This document shows positions 1-7,122 of a stretch of DNA of 25,584 bases, one piece after another. The stretch covers positions 1-25,584 of the IMG/VR virus record IMGVR_UViG_3300049139_000192. One strand, 5' to 3'. The translations under genes and the position numbers were made by a program. Each line of letters starts with the position of its first letter. Positions within the stretch are counted from its first letter, which is position 1. Below the pieces are notes generated by a model. That model saw only the letters and a program-made list of their open reading frames with translations. It was not told the origin of the DNA and ran no database searches. This stretch comes from a virus (taxonomy: Duplodnaviria; Caudoviricetes).

Positions 1-17
1 TACCGAAGGAGACCGAC

Positions 18-209
18 ATGGGCAAGCACGCACAGAAGCTCACCGGCAGCAAGGCGGACCGCGACGAGCTCACCGCAGCACTCCGCGACGCGGAGACCGT
101 GGAGAGCGAGGACGACCCCCGTCACCTGGCCAGCCAGAAGCGCATCAGGGACGCGGAGGCGAAGCTGCCGCTGCTCGGCCGCATGGTCGCCCGCGACCGC
201 TCCCTCTAA
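18..209 (+). CDS. Hypothetical protein (63 aa)
   Basis: GAAGGAG RBS upstream of ATG; GC3-rich codons. Confidence 0.75.
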   Translation: MGKHAQKLTGSKADRDELTAALRDAETVESEDDPRHLASQKRIRDAEAKLPLLGRMVARDRSL

Positions 210-214
210 CCAGG

Positions 215-260
215 CCCAGCCCGACCGGCAGGCACCCGAGTTCGAGCCTCGGGCGGGCAC
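215..260 (+). ncRNA. tRNA-like three-way-junction element, copy 1 (motif C)
   Basis: GCCCG(219-223)/CGGGC(254-258) closing stem; CC-GGCA-GG mini hairpin; CCCGAG-TTCGAGC-CTCGGG T-arm-like hairpin; ends in AC. Confidence 0.55.
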
Positions 261-314
261 TCGGAGCACACACCACCGGGAGCCGCTCCACTCCCACCAC
301 CGAAGGAGAACCAC

Positions 315-608
315 ATGAACAAGACCGAGCTCGCCGCCGCCGTCGCCGCCTCGACCGGCAAGACCAAGGCCGACGTCGCCGCGATCATCAGCGCCACCCT
401 CGACGCCGTTCAGGCCGAGCTCGCGCGCGGCGGCGAGGTGGCCCTGGTCGGCTTCGGCACCTTCAAGACCGCCGAGCGTGACGCCCAGTCCCGCTTCAGC
501 GCCCTCGCCGGCCGGGTCGTCGACACGCCGGCGAAGACCGTGCCGAAGTTCGTGGCGGGCGCGGGCCTCAAGACCGCCGTGGACGGCAAGACGCTCGTCA
601 ACGCCTAA
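315..608 (+). CDS. hup: HU-family histone-like DNA-binding protein
   Basis: MNKTELAAAVA start, V.LVGFGTF core and VPKFVAGAGLK end are typical HU motifs; RBS GAAGGAG. Confidence 0.93.
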   Translation: MNKTELAAAVAASTGKTKADVAAIISATLDAVQAELARGGEVALVGFGTFKTAERDAQSRFSALAGRVVDTPAKTVPKFVAGAGLKTAVDGKTLVNA

Positions 609-614
609 CACCCA

Positions 615-675
615 CCCAGCCCGACCGGAGCCGCCAGGCAGCCGGCACCCCGAGAGCAAGCCGGGGCGGGCACCA
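615..675 (+). ncRNA. tRNA-like three-way-junction element, copy 2 (motif C)
   Basis: CCCAGCCCGACCGG identical to 215-228; CCGG/CCGG inner hairpin; CCCCG-AGAGCAAGC-CGGGG arm; CGGGC followed by ACCA (672-675). Confidence 0.55.
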
Positions 676-711
676 ACCTCCGACCCGCACCGACCCAGAA
701 ACCACGGAGCC

Positions 712-2232
712 ATGAACCTCGACCAGATCAAGACACTCCTCGGCGACGCCATCGCCAGCGTCCCCGACATCGTCTGGGCGGCCACCGCTGGCGTAACCGT
801 GCTTTTCCTCCTCTGGCAGGCCAAGCGCGCCATCACCCGAGCGGCCACGCCCGGCGCCGACCTGCTCACCTACCTCGCCGCGGCCATCGCCACCGGCGTT
901 TCCATGCAAGGCATGTGGCACTTCTTCGAGGTCGTGTTCCCCGACCTGCCCGTGCCCCTGCGCGTCGCGCTGTTCGCGTTCATCGAGATCGGCATGCTCG
1001 CCTCCGCAGTGCGCGCCCGCCGCAACATGCGCGACAGCGCAGAACGCGCCAAGACCGACCCGGCCATCCGCCCGTCCGCCGGCATCGACGGCACCGCCGT
1101 GTGGGTTCTCACCGGCCTCACCGCCGCCCTGTCCTCCCTCGAAGCAGCGAGCGCGCCGGAGTTCATCTTCCGCCTCGCCGCGCCCCTGGTGGCGGCGTGG
1201 CTGTGGGAGCGCGGCATGGCGATCGAGCGGCAGCGCATCACCGGCCGGACCCGGATCAACTGGAGACTCACCCCCGAGCGTGCCCTCGTCCGTCTCGGCC
1301 TGGCGGAGGCGAACGACCGCACCGCCTCTGAGGTGGACGCGCACCGCCGAATCACCAAGGTCGCGCTCGCAGCCAAGCGCGCCCGAGCTCTGCGCGAAGT
1401 CGGCGCTAGCCCGAGGAAGCGGGCCCGCTCGCTGGCCAAGCTCGATCGGGCGCTCGAACGAGCTGTCGAGCACACGAAGCTCAGCCGCGACCAAGTTACC
1501 CAGGCTGCGCTGCTCGACCAGCTCTCCACGCTGTACGGCGCACCGCGGCTGCTCGACCTTCCCGGCCAGGCCCCGTGGGAGCACCTCGACCACCCGGCCG
1601 TCACCGGCCTGATCCGTGACAGCGAGGCCGTCATCCTGGCCGCCGCGCTCGACAGGAACACTGCTCTGCGCGGCGAGGTCTACCCGCGACCGGTCGCGAT
1701 CGGCGACCGGTCGGCGGCCACTTCCGCGACCGGTCGCGACGTCGAGACACCGGACGTGCTGGTCGCCGACGATGCCCTGCCGATCTCCGATGAGGGACGG
1801 TCTTGGCTGGCCGCACTCGTGCCGTGGTCGCGACCGGAGCCGCGACCGGTCGCCGACGAGGTCCGCGATCATCATCCGGTCGCCGATGTGGTCGCGGAAC
1901 CGGTCGCCGTGGACACCTCCGATGAGGGGGTGGTCGCGACCGATCCGCGACCGGTCGCGGACCAGAAAAGGCCGGATGAGCAGGACAGACGTCGGGCGAT
2001 CCGGTTCTACACCGATCGAGCGAAGAAGCTCAACCCGCCCTCAAAGCGGACGCTCGCGGAGTGGACCGGGTTCTCCGAAACGTGGGCGCTCGGATGCATC
2101 CAAGACGCCCGTCAGCGGATGGTCGCGCAGGGGTGGACCTTCGACGACAAGGGCACCCCGACGCCTCCGCGACCGGTCGCCAAACCGGTCGCGACCACCC
2201 CGTCCATCAAGACCGTGAACGGAAGCCAGTGA
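712..2232 (+). CDS. Multi-TM membrane protein with Pro-rich linker and C-terminal HTH-like segment (Spd/spread-protein-like)
   Basis: ATG 712 with GGAG RBS (the track start at 478 overlaps HU); several hydrophobic helices; C-terminal SKRTLAEWTGFSETWALGCIQDAR looks like an HTH; lies upstream of TraB. Confidence 0.75.
   Translation: MNLDQIKTLLGDAIASVPDIVWAATAGVTVLFLLWQAKRAITRAATPGADLLTYLAAAIATGVSMQGMWHFFEVVFPDLPVPLRVALFAFIEIGMLASAVRARRNMRDSAERAKTDPAIRPSAGIDGTAVWVLTGLTAALSSLEAASAPEFIFRLAAPLVAAWLWERGMAIERQRITGRTRINWRLTPERALVRLGLAEANDRTASEVDAHRRITKVALAAKRARALREVGASPRKRARSLAKLDRALERAVEHTKLSRDQVTQAALLDQLSTLYGAPRLLDLPGQAPWEHLDHPAVTGLIRDSEAVILAAALDRNTALRGEVYPRPVAIGDRSAATSATGRDVETPDVLVADDALPISDEGRSWLAALVPWSRPEPRPVADEVRDHHPVADVVAEPVAVDTSDEGVVATDPRPVADQKRPDEQDRRRAIRFYTDRAKKLNPPSKRTLAEWTGFSETWALGCIQDARQRMVAQGWTFDDKGTPTPPRPVAKPVATTPSIKTVNGSQ
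1685..2196. repeat. Intragenic array of the palindrome CGACCGGTCG (up to 18 bp TCCGCGACCGGTCGCGGA)
   Basis: Full copies at 1687, 1704, 1727, 1843, 1948 and 2170, plus GGTCGCGACC at 1826, 1932 and 2187 and several half sites. Confidence 0.9.
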
Positions 2233-2447
2233 TGACCCGCAACCAGAAGCCCATCGACGTCCGCAAGGTGGCGTCGCCCGCCGAGGTCCTGACCGTCGAG
2301 CTGTGCATCGTGGCCGGCGTCATGGTCGCCCTGTACGTGATCGACCCGGACGCGGCCCTGGCCGCGCTTGTCGGATACGCGGCCGTGTGGCTGCTCCGGA
2401 CGGTGCGGGCGATCGTGCGCCGCGCCAGGCGCGGGGGTGCGCGATGA
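2232..2447 (+). CDS. Small membrane protein (71 aa), spread-like
   Basis: TGATG overlap with upstream stop; two hydrophobic segments and a basic C-terminus. Confidence 0.7.
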   Translation: MTRNQKPIDVRKVASPAEVLTVELCIVAGVMVALYVIDPDAALAALVGYAAVWLLRTVRAIVRRARRGGAR

Positions 2448-2659
2448 CCACGCTGCTCCGCGTCCTCGCCGCCATCGCACTCGACCTCCTCAACATCCTC
2501 TGCTACTTCGCAGCGGTCGCCGTGCTCACGTTCGCGCTCGCCCTGCTGTTCCCCATGTCCGTCGCGCTCGTGGTGTCGCTTCTCGCGGTCAGCACCTGGC
2601 ACGGCTACCGCATCGCCTGCCGTATCGAGCGCGCCCGTGAAAGGGGTGAGCACCAATGA
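2444..2659 (+). CDS. Small membrane protein (71 aa), spread-like
   Basis: ATGA overlap; MTTLLRVLAAIALDLL... is hydrophobic. Confidence 0.7.
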   Translation: MTTLLRVLAAIALDLLNILCYFAAVAVLTFALALLFPMSVALVVSLLAVSTWHGYRIACRIERARERGEHQ

Positions 2660-2928
2660 CCACGCCTCTCGTAGTCCTGCTCATCCTGTCCGCGCTCACG
2701 ATGTGCACCCCGACCGGAGCCCAGGCCCGCGCTGAGATCCGGGCCACGACGGCCGCCGCCGGGTGGAAGGCCGTGTTCACCGCTGGCCGCCACCTGCTCC
2801 GCCACGCCCTGCTGCTCCTGGTCGAGCTACTGCACATGGTGGTGTCGGCGGTCGTGTTCATCGGCGGAGTGCTGGCCATCGCCGCCGGCCACCTGGAGAC
2901 CACTGCAACCCCGAGGGAGGCGTCATGA
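2656..2928 (+). CDS. Small membrane protein (90 aa)
   Basis: ATGA overlaps at both ends; hydrophobic segments. Confidence 0.7.
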   Translation: MTTPLVVLLILSALTMCTPTGAQARAEIRATTAAAGWKAVFTAGRHLLRHALLLLVELLHMVVSAVVFIGGVLAIAAGHLETTATPREAS

Positions 2929-5039
2929 CCAGGCCATTCCGCGTCGTCCCCGACCTGCCCGAAGAGGAGCCCATGGACCAGCCCGACGGCGAGCGCGGCA
3001 ACGTGGCCGTCCGCGAGGTCGAACTGCCGCAGGAGCAGGACGCGGAGGTCGCCGTCGAGGAGACCCTCGTCGGCCCGCCCGTGGACCTGCCCGCCGAGCC
3101 GGAGCCGCCGCAGGTGTTCGCCACCATCACCGGCCGCGCGGTCGCCAAGCGCGAGGCGATCGTGCCCGCGTGGGCCCGCTCGAAGGAGGACCTGAAGACC
3201 GCGGCCCGCTATGTCGCCGGCCAGACGGGTTACCGGGTCGCCTACCAGGCGTCGCGTTCCCCGCTGTACGCGGCGCGCACGCTGCGATGGGCGCCCGCTG
3301 GTGGCGGCCGTCTCATCGCGAGGGCGTGGCGGTGGACATGGGACATGGAGACTTCAGATGTCCGGCGTGAGGTGCTGAAGTCTGGCGACGTCGGCGCCTA
3401 TGAGCGGCTGATCGAACGGCGCAACAAGCACGTCAAGAAGCGTCTGCCGATCGCGGGCTGCGGGCTCGGTGCTGCGCTGGGCGGCGGCGCTGCAGCGTGG
3501 TTGACGCTGCCCTGGTGGGCGCAGGTGCCGCTCTGGGGTGGCCTGCTCGCAGGGTTGGCCCGGGTCGGCCGGCCGGTGGACAAGCCGATCGTGGGCCCTG
3601 CTGTGCAGGTGACCAGGTATGAGCGGTTGACGGCGGAGAAGGTGCGTGAGGCGTTGTGCGCGCTGCCGATCGCTGGGTTGAAGGACCCGAAGAAGATCAC
3701 GTTCCCGACGCAGATTCACCGCGACGGCCCTGGTCAGTTGGCCCGTATCAACCTGCCGCTCGGGGTCGAGGCGGTGAAGGTGTGCGAGGCGCGTGAGGGC
3801 TTGTCCTCCGCGTTGCGCCTGCCGGTCGATCAGGTGTGGCCGACCGTAGGCCCTGACCACGCCGGGCAGGTGGACTTGTGGGTCGGCTACCAGCCGGCGA
3901 GCAAGATGAAGCCGCCGCGCTGGTCGATCGCCGCTGACGATGCCCGCACCAGCGTGTTCGAGCCTACGGAGTTCGGGGCGGACCAGCGGCAGCGCGGTGT
4001 GGCCGCGCCTCTGTTCGCTCGGAACTGGCTGATCGGCGGCATGCCCGGCAGTGGTAAGTCGTTCGCGGCGCGGGCGTTGGCGCTGGTCGGGGCGTTGGAC
4101 CCGAACGCAGAGTTCAAGATCGCCGAATATAAGGGGACGGGAGACTTCACCGACTTCTACGACGCCGGCCTGTGCTCCACCTACGTGTGCGGGGTCGACG
4201 ACGAGGCCATCGAGGACGGCGAGCGCATCATCGCCTGGGCGCTGGCGGAGGCTGAGCGGCGCGGCAAGCTGATCAAGAAGTTCCGGGCTGAAGGCCTGGC
4301 GCCCGAGGGCAAGGTGACGCCCGAACTCGCCGCGGCGGGGGTTGGGCTGCACCCGGTGATTGTCCTGCTGGACGAGGTGCATGAGCTGTTCGGCGCGTCG
4401 AAGGAGGCGGCGTCGAACGCCGAGCGGGCCATCAAGCGGGGCCGGGCGCTCGGCATCATCTTCATCCTGGCCACGCAGATCCCGGACAAGGACAGCCTGC
4501 CGCCCGGCATCACCCGGTGCGTCAACATGCGCTGGTGCCTGGCGGTTCAGGACCACATCGCGAACGACATGATCCTGGGCACCGGCAGCTACAAGAGGGG
4601 TGTCACCGGCACCTCGTTCCGGCCGGAGATCGACGCCGGTTGGGGCATGGTGACCGGCCTCGCGGCGCCGACCGCTGTCCGCTCGCAGTTCCCGGATGAG
4701 AAGACGGCCAAGAAGATTCTGGCGCGCGCGATGCAGCTGCGCGGCGGCGTGGCCCCGTGGGCTGACCGCGAGGAGACGCCGCGGGTAGATGTGCTGGTGG
4801 ACGTTCAGCGGGTGTGGCCGGCGGGTCGTACGGCGCTGCCGTGGCAGTGGCTGGCGGAGCTCCTCGTTGAGCACCGGCCGGAGGCGTACGGCGACGTGAC
4901 GGCGGATTCGGTGTCGGCGTGGCTGCGTGGTCTGGATGTGCCGTCGGAGAACGTGAAGGCGTCCGGCCAGGTGCTGAAAGGCTGCAAGCGGGCGGCTGTA
5001 GATGCCGCTGTGGAGCGGCGCGAGCTCGGCCATGGGTAG
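2925..5039 (+). CDS. traB: FtsK/SpoIIIE-family DNA translocase, actinomycete TraB type
   Basis: ATG 2925 with GGAGG RBS; N-terminal TM pair; Walker A GGMPGSGKS; Walker B VIVLLDEVHE; GRALGIIFILATQ motif; short C-terminal winged-helix-like domain. Confidence 0.88.
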   Translation: MTRPFRVVPDLPEEEPMDQPDGERGNVAVREVELPQEQDAEVAVEETLVGPPVDLPAEPEPPQVFATITGRAVAKREAIVPAWARSKEDLKTAARYVAGQTGYRVAYQASRSPLYAARTLRWAPAGGGRLIARAWRWTWDMETSDVRREVLKSGDVGAYERLIERRNKHVKKRLPIAGCGLGAALGGGAAAWLTLPWWAQVPLWGGLLAGLARVGRPVDKPIVGPAVQVTRYERLTAEKVREALCALPIAGLKDPKKITFPTQIHRDGPGQLARINLPLGVEAVKVCEAREGLSSALRLPVDQVWPTVGPDHAGQVDLWVGYQPASKMKPPRWSIAADDARTSVFEPTEFGADQRQRGVAAPLFARNWLIGGMPGSGKSFAARALALVGALDPNAEFKIAEYKGTGDFTDFYDAGLCSTYVCGVDDEAIEDGERIIAWALAEAERRGKLIKKFRAEGLAPEGKVTPELAAAGVGLHPVIVLLDEVHELFGASKEAASNAERAIKRGRALGIIFILATQIPDKDSLPPGITRCVNMRWCLAVQDHIANDMILGTGSYKRGVTGTSFRPEIDAGWGMVTGLAAPTAVRSQFPDEKTAKKILARAMQLRGGVAPWADREETPRVDVLVDVQRVWPAGRTALPWQWLAELLVEHRPEAYGDVTADSVSAWLRGLDVPSENVKASGQVLKGCKRAAVDAAVERRELGHG

Positions 5040-5188
5040 CGGCGGCCGGACCCCTCCGAACCCCTCTCAGGGGCCCTTAGAGGCGTCCGTGGAGGGTCCC
5101 CGCTACCCGCTACCTGGGCGCGTTTTCCCTGGTGGAGGCGGTAGCGGCCTGAGGTAGCGGTACCGCTACCCATCTCGGGGCCGCTACC
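5035..5188. repeat. clt-like locus: seven copies of the 8-mer GGTAGCGG/CCGCTACC
   Basis: GGTAGCGG at 5035, 5140 and 5153; CCGCTACC at 5100, 5107, 5163 and 5181; perfect 18-bp palindrome at 5153-5170; directly after traB. Confidence 0.8.
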
Positions 5189-5206
5189 CCTTTCAAGATC
5201 TCTCGC

Positions 5207-5267
5207 AGCGGTGGTTGCGGGTGCTCTCCCACCCCTTCGGGAGGGCCGCCCGGAGCAGCCGCTCCAC
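5207..5267 (+). ncRNA. Bulged long hairpin, motif A copy 1
   Basis: AGCGGT-[GGT]-TGC-GGGTG...CGCCC-[GGA]-GCA-GCCGCT-CCAC. Confidence 0.6.
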
Positions 5268-5304
5268 GATTCCCCACACACCCGACCAGGACAGAAGGAG
5301 AGCC

Positions 5305-5556
5305 ATGTTCAAGCTGCTCGACAAGCTCGCGAACGCAGGCGCCGGCAGCCGGATGCCCGACGAGAAGCGCACCAGGGCCAGGAGCCAGAGCCAGACCACG
5401 AACGCGCGCAACGAGCTCGCCGCGGTGGCCACCCACCCGGGCGCGGCCCGGGTGGCGCGGAAGTCTGCTGAGGCCCAACTGGTCGGCGAGGTCGGCCAGG
5501 CCAAAGCCAAAGAGCTGATGGCTCAGGCCGACCGCAGGGCGCGGAGGTCGTTCTGA
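5305..5556 (+). CDS. Hypothetical protein (83 aa)
   Basis: GAAGGAG RBS before ATG 5305. Confidence 0.7.
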   Translation: MFKLLDKLANAGAGSRMPDEKRTRARSQSQTTNARNELAAVATHPGAARVARKSAEAQLVGEVGQAKAKELMAQADRRARRSF

Positions 5557-5747
5557 TGGGCGTCTTCATGAAGCTCGCCGGCCTCGGCACGCTCTTCGGC
5601 GGCGGGTCGTTGCTGACGGGGTGGCTGCTGTTCGGCGGGCACACCGCGCTGGCGGGGCTGGCGCTCGCCGTCACGGCGGCGCTGACCGTCGGCGTGATCG
5701 TGCTCATCGCGCGGGAAACCAGGCTCGCCGATCGGGTGCAGCGGTGA
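5556..5747 (+). CDS. Small membrane protein (63 aa)
   Basis: TGATG coupling; two hydrophobic helices. Confidence 0.7.
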   Translation: MGVFMKLAGLGTLFGGGSLLTGWLLFGGHTALAGLALAVTAALTVGVIVLIARETRLADRVQR

Positions 5748-5929
5748 TGGACCGGTGGCGGGTCATCATCCGCGGCCAGTCCGCCGAGGCCACGGCCACC
5801 AAGCGCGGCGCCGAGAAGGCGGCGGAGCAGGTGCGCGAGCACGGCCTGCCCGCGCACGTCGAGAAAACCAGGCGCTGCCCGGTCTGCCGCCTGCACGGGT
5901 GCACGCCGGGCCAGTGCCCGGACCAGTAG
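5747..5929 (+). CDS. Hypothetical protein (60 aa) with Cys/His-rich C-terminus
   Basis: TGATG coupling; CPVCRLHGCTPGQC. Confidence 0.65.
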   Translation: MDRWRVIIRGQSAEATATKRGAEKAAEQVREHGLPAHVEKTRRCPVCRLHGCTPGQCPDQ

Positions 5930-5930
5930 C

Positions 5931-5990
5931 GCTGGCGTTGCGGATCGCGCCCGACCCGCTCGGGCGCGCGTCCGGAGCAGTCAGCTCCAC
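5931..5990 (+). ncRNA. Bulged long hairpin, motif A copy 2
   Basis: GCTGGC-[GT]-TGC-GGAT...GTCC-[GGA]-GCA-GTCAGC-TCCAC. Confidence 0.65.
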
Positions 5991-6008
5991 AAAGCGAAGG
6001 AGAACGAC

Positions 6009-6191
6009 ATGGGAGCCAAGGAAGTCAAGGCCGCACGAGCCAGGCTGACGGCGACCATCGCCAACGAGGTCACCCAGAACGGCGGCAAGCCGATCGGCGA
6101 GGACAACCCCGCCTACCAGGAGGCCAAGAAGGCAGTGGACGACGCCGTCGAGGAGGTCGACCGGGCAAACGACCCGTGGAACAACGCCTGA
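6009..6191 (+). CDS. Hypothetical protein (60 aa)
   Basis: GAAGGAG RBS; GC3-rich codons. Confidence 0.75.
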   Translation: MGAKEVKAARARLTATIANEVTQNGGKPIGEDNPAYQEAKKAVDDAVEEVDRANDPWNNA

Positions 6192-6193
6192 CC

Positions 6194-6260
6194 GCTGGCG
6201 TTGCGGCTGTCCGCCCGGCATGAGGGGCGTCGGGCGGACGGCCGGAGCAGCCAGCTCCAC
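6194..6260 (+). ncRNA. Bulged long hairpin, motif A copy 3
   Basis: GCTGGC-[GT]-TGC-GGCTGTCCGCCC...GGGCGGACGGCC-[GGA]-GCA-GCCAGC-TCCAC. Confidence 0.65.
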
Positions 6261-6285
6261 AGGTGACCGAACGAAGGAGATCAAC

Positions 6286-6435
6286 ATGGCACTGAAGCGC
6301 TGTCCCACATGCCGAGGCAAAGGCAAGGTCATCGGCGACAACTACGGAGCCGGCGAGAAGCGCTGCCCCGGCGCCTGCCGCGGTGACGGGTGGATCGTCG
6401 TCGCGAACGAGCCCGACTCGACGCAGAGCCAGTGA
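6286..6435 (+). CDS. Small DnaJ-like zinc-finger protein (49 aa)
   Basis: GAAGGAG RBS; CPTCRGKG and CPGACRGDG resemble CxxCxGxG repeats. Confidence 0.75.
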   Translation: MALKRCPTCRGKGKVIGDNYGAGEKRCPGACRGDGWIVVANEPDSTQSQ

Positions 6436-6569
6436 CGCCCTGCCCGCGCTGCACTGCGGCGCTGGACGAGGGCCCGGTCGTCTACCGGTGCTCGACCTGC
6501 CGCCGGTCCGTGTACGCCGCGGACGTGGACGTCGAGTTCCACGCACGCCAGCCCGTCGCGGCCCGCTGA
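6432..6569 (+). CDS. Small zinc-ribbon protein (45 aa; not in ORF track)
   Basis: GTGA overlap; MTPCPRCTAALDEGPVVYRCSTCRRSVYAADVDVEFHARQPVAAR has two CxxC motifs. Confidence 0.7.
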   Translation: MTPCPRCTAALDEGPVVYRCSTCRRSVYAADVDVEFHARQPVAAR

Positions 6570-6631
6570 CCGGCCGTCCGGGGTGCTCCATCCGCCGCAC
6601 AGCGGGTGGGGTGCCCGGGGCGACCGGCCCC
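6570..6631 (+). ncRNA. Interrupted long hairpin, motif B copy 1
   Basis: CCGGCCGTCCGGGGTG...CCCGGGGCGACCGGCCCC; begins right after a stop codon. Confidence 0.55.
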
Positions 6632-6654
6632 ACCACCGACCGAAGGAGACCCCC

Positions 6655-6792
6655 ATGAAGGACGAGACGAAGCCCGACGGCAAGGGCCTGCTGCTCGGAG
6701 AGCTGCTCCGCCGGTCCATCGCACCGCGGATGGCGGCCGAGGCCGAGCGGAGGGAGCACCCCCGCCCGCTCGGCCTCGACGAGACCGACTGA
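6655..6792 (+). CDS. Hypothetical protein (45 aa)
   Basis: GAAGGAG RBS before ATG 6655. Confidence 0.6.
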   Translation: MKDETKPDGKGLLLGELLRRSIAPRMAAEAERREHPRPLGLDETD

Positions 6793-6793
6793 C

Positions 6794-6854
6794 CCGGCCG
6801 CCTAGGGTGCCCGCCCGGCAGTCGTCGGGCGGGACTCCCGGGGCGACCGGCCCC
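6794..6854 (+). ncRNA. Interrupted long hairpin, motif B copy 2
   Basis: CCGGCCGCCTAGGGTG...CCCGGGGCGACCGGCCCC (18-bp exact match to 6614-6631). Confidence 0.55.
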
Positions 6855-6877
6855 CAGCATCGAGAGAGGAATCCACC

Positions 6878-7057
6878 GTGACGAAACGCAAGGACCTGCA
6901 GCAGGCCGCCCGTAACGCGAAGGCGCAGGCCGCCGACTTTGGCCGCATCGCCGACAAGGGCGGCGAAGCGCCGTGGGACGCCGAGACCGCGCGCCAGATG
7001 CGCGACCTGGCCGCCACGTACGCCGACAAGTACACCCGCAGGCTGAACGGAGGCTGA
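6878..7057 (+). CDS. Hypothetical protein (59 aa; not in ORF track)
   Basis: GAGGA RBS, GTG start, MTKRKDLQQAARNAKAQAADFGRIADKGGEAPWDAETARQMRDLAATYADKYTRRLNGG; GC3-rich codons. Confidence 0.7.
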   Translation: MTKRKDLQQAARNAKAQAADFGRIADKGGEAPWDAETARQMRDLAATYADKYTRRLNGG

Positions 7058-7075
7058 GCAGCGCGCGCACGGCAA

Positions 7076-7108
7076 ACGCCCCACCCCCAACGTTCGGGGG
7101 TGGGGCGT
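7076..7108. terminator. Probable bidirectional intrinsic terminator
   Basis: ACGCCCCACCCCC / GGGGGTGGGGCGT perfect 13-bp stem between convergent genes. Confidence 0.8.
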
Positions 7109-7122
7109 CGTCGTGCCCGGGG

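Noticed and set aside
215-260. Genuine tRNA gene
   Set aside because: Only about 45-60 nt, with a 5-bp closing stem and no D or anticodon arms; kept only as tRNA-like.
478-711. Track start of the 584-aa ORF
   Set aside because: Overlaps HU and the structured spacer; ATG 712 has an RBS and begins the hydrophobic domain.
5207-6854. Repeats with unique intervening DNA read as a CRISPR array
   Set aside because: The intervening segments are 160-660 bp and protein-coding, the repeats are degenerate long hairpins, and no cas gene is present.
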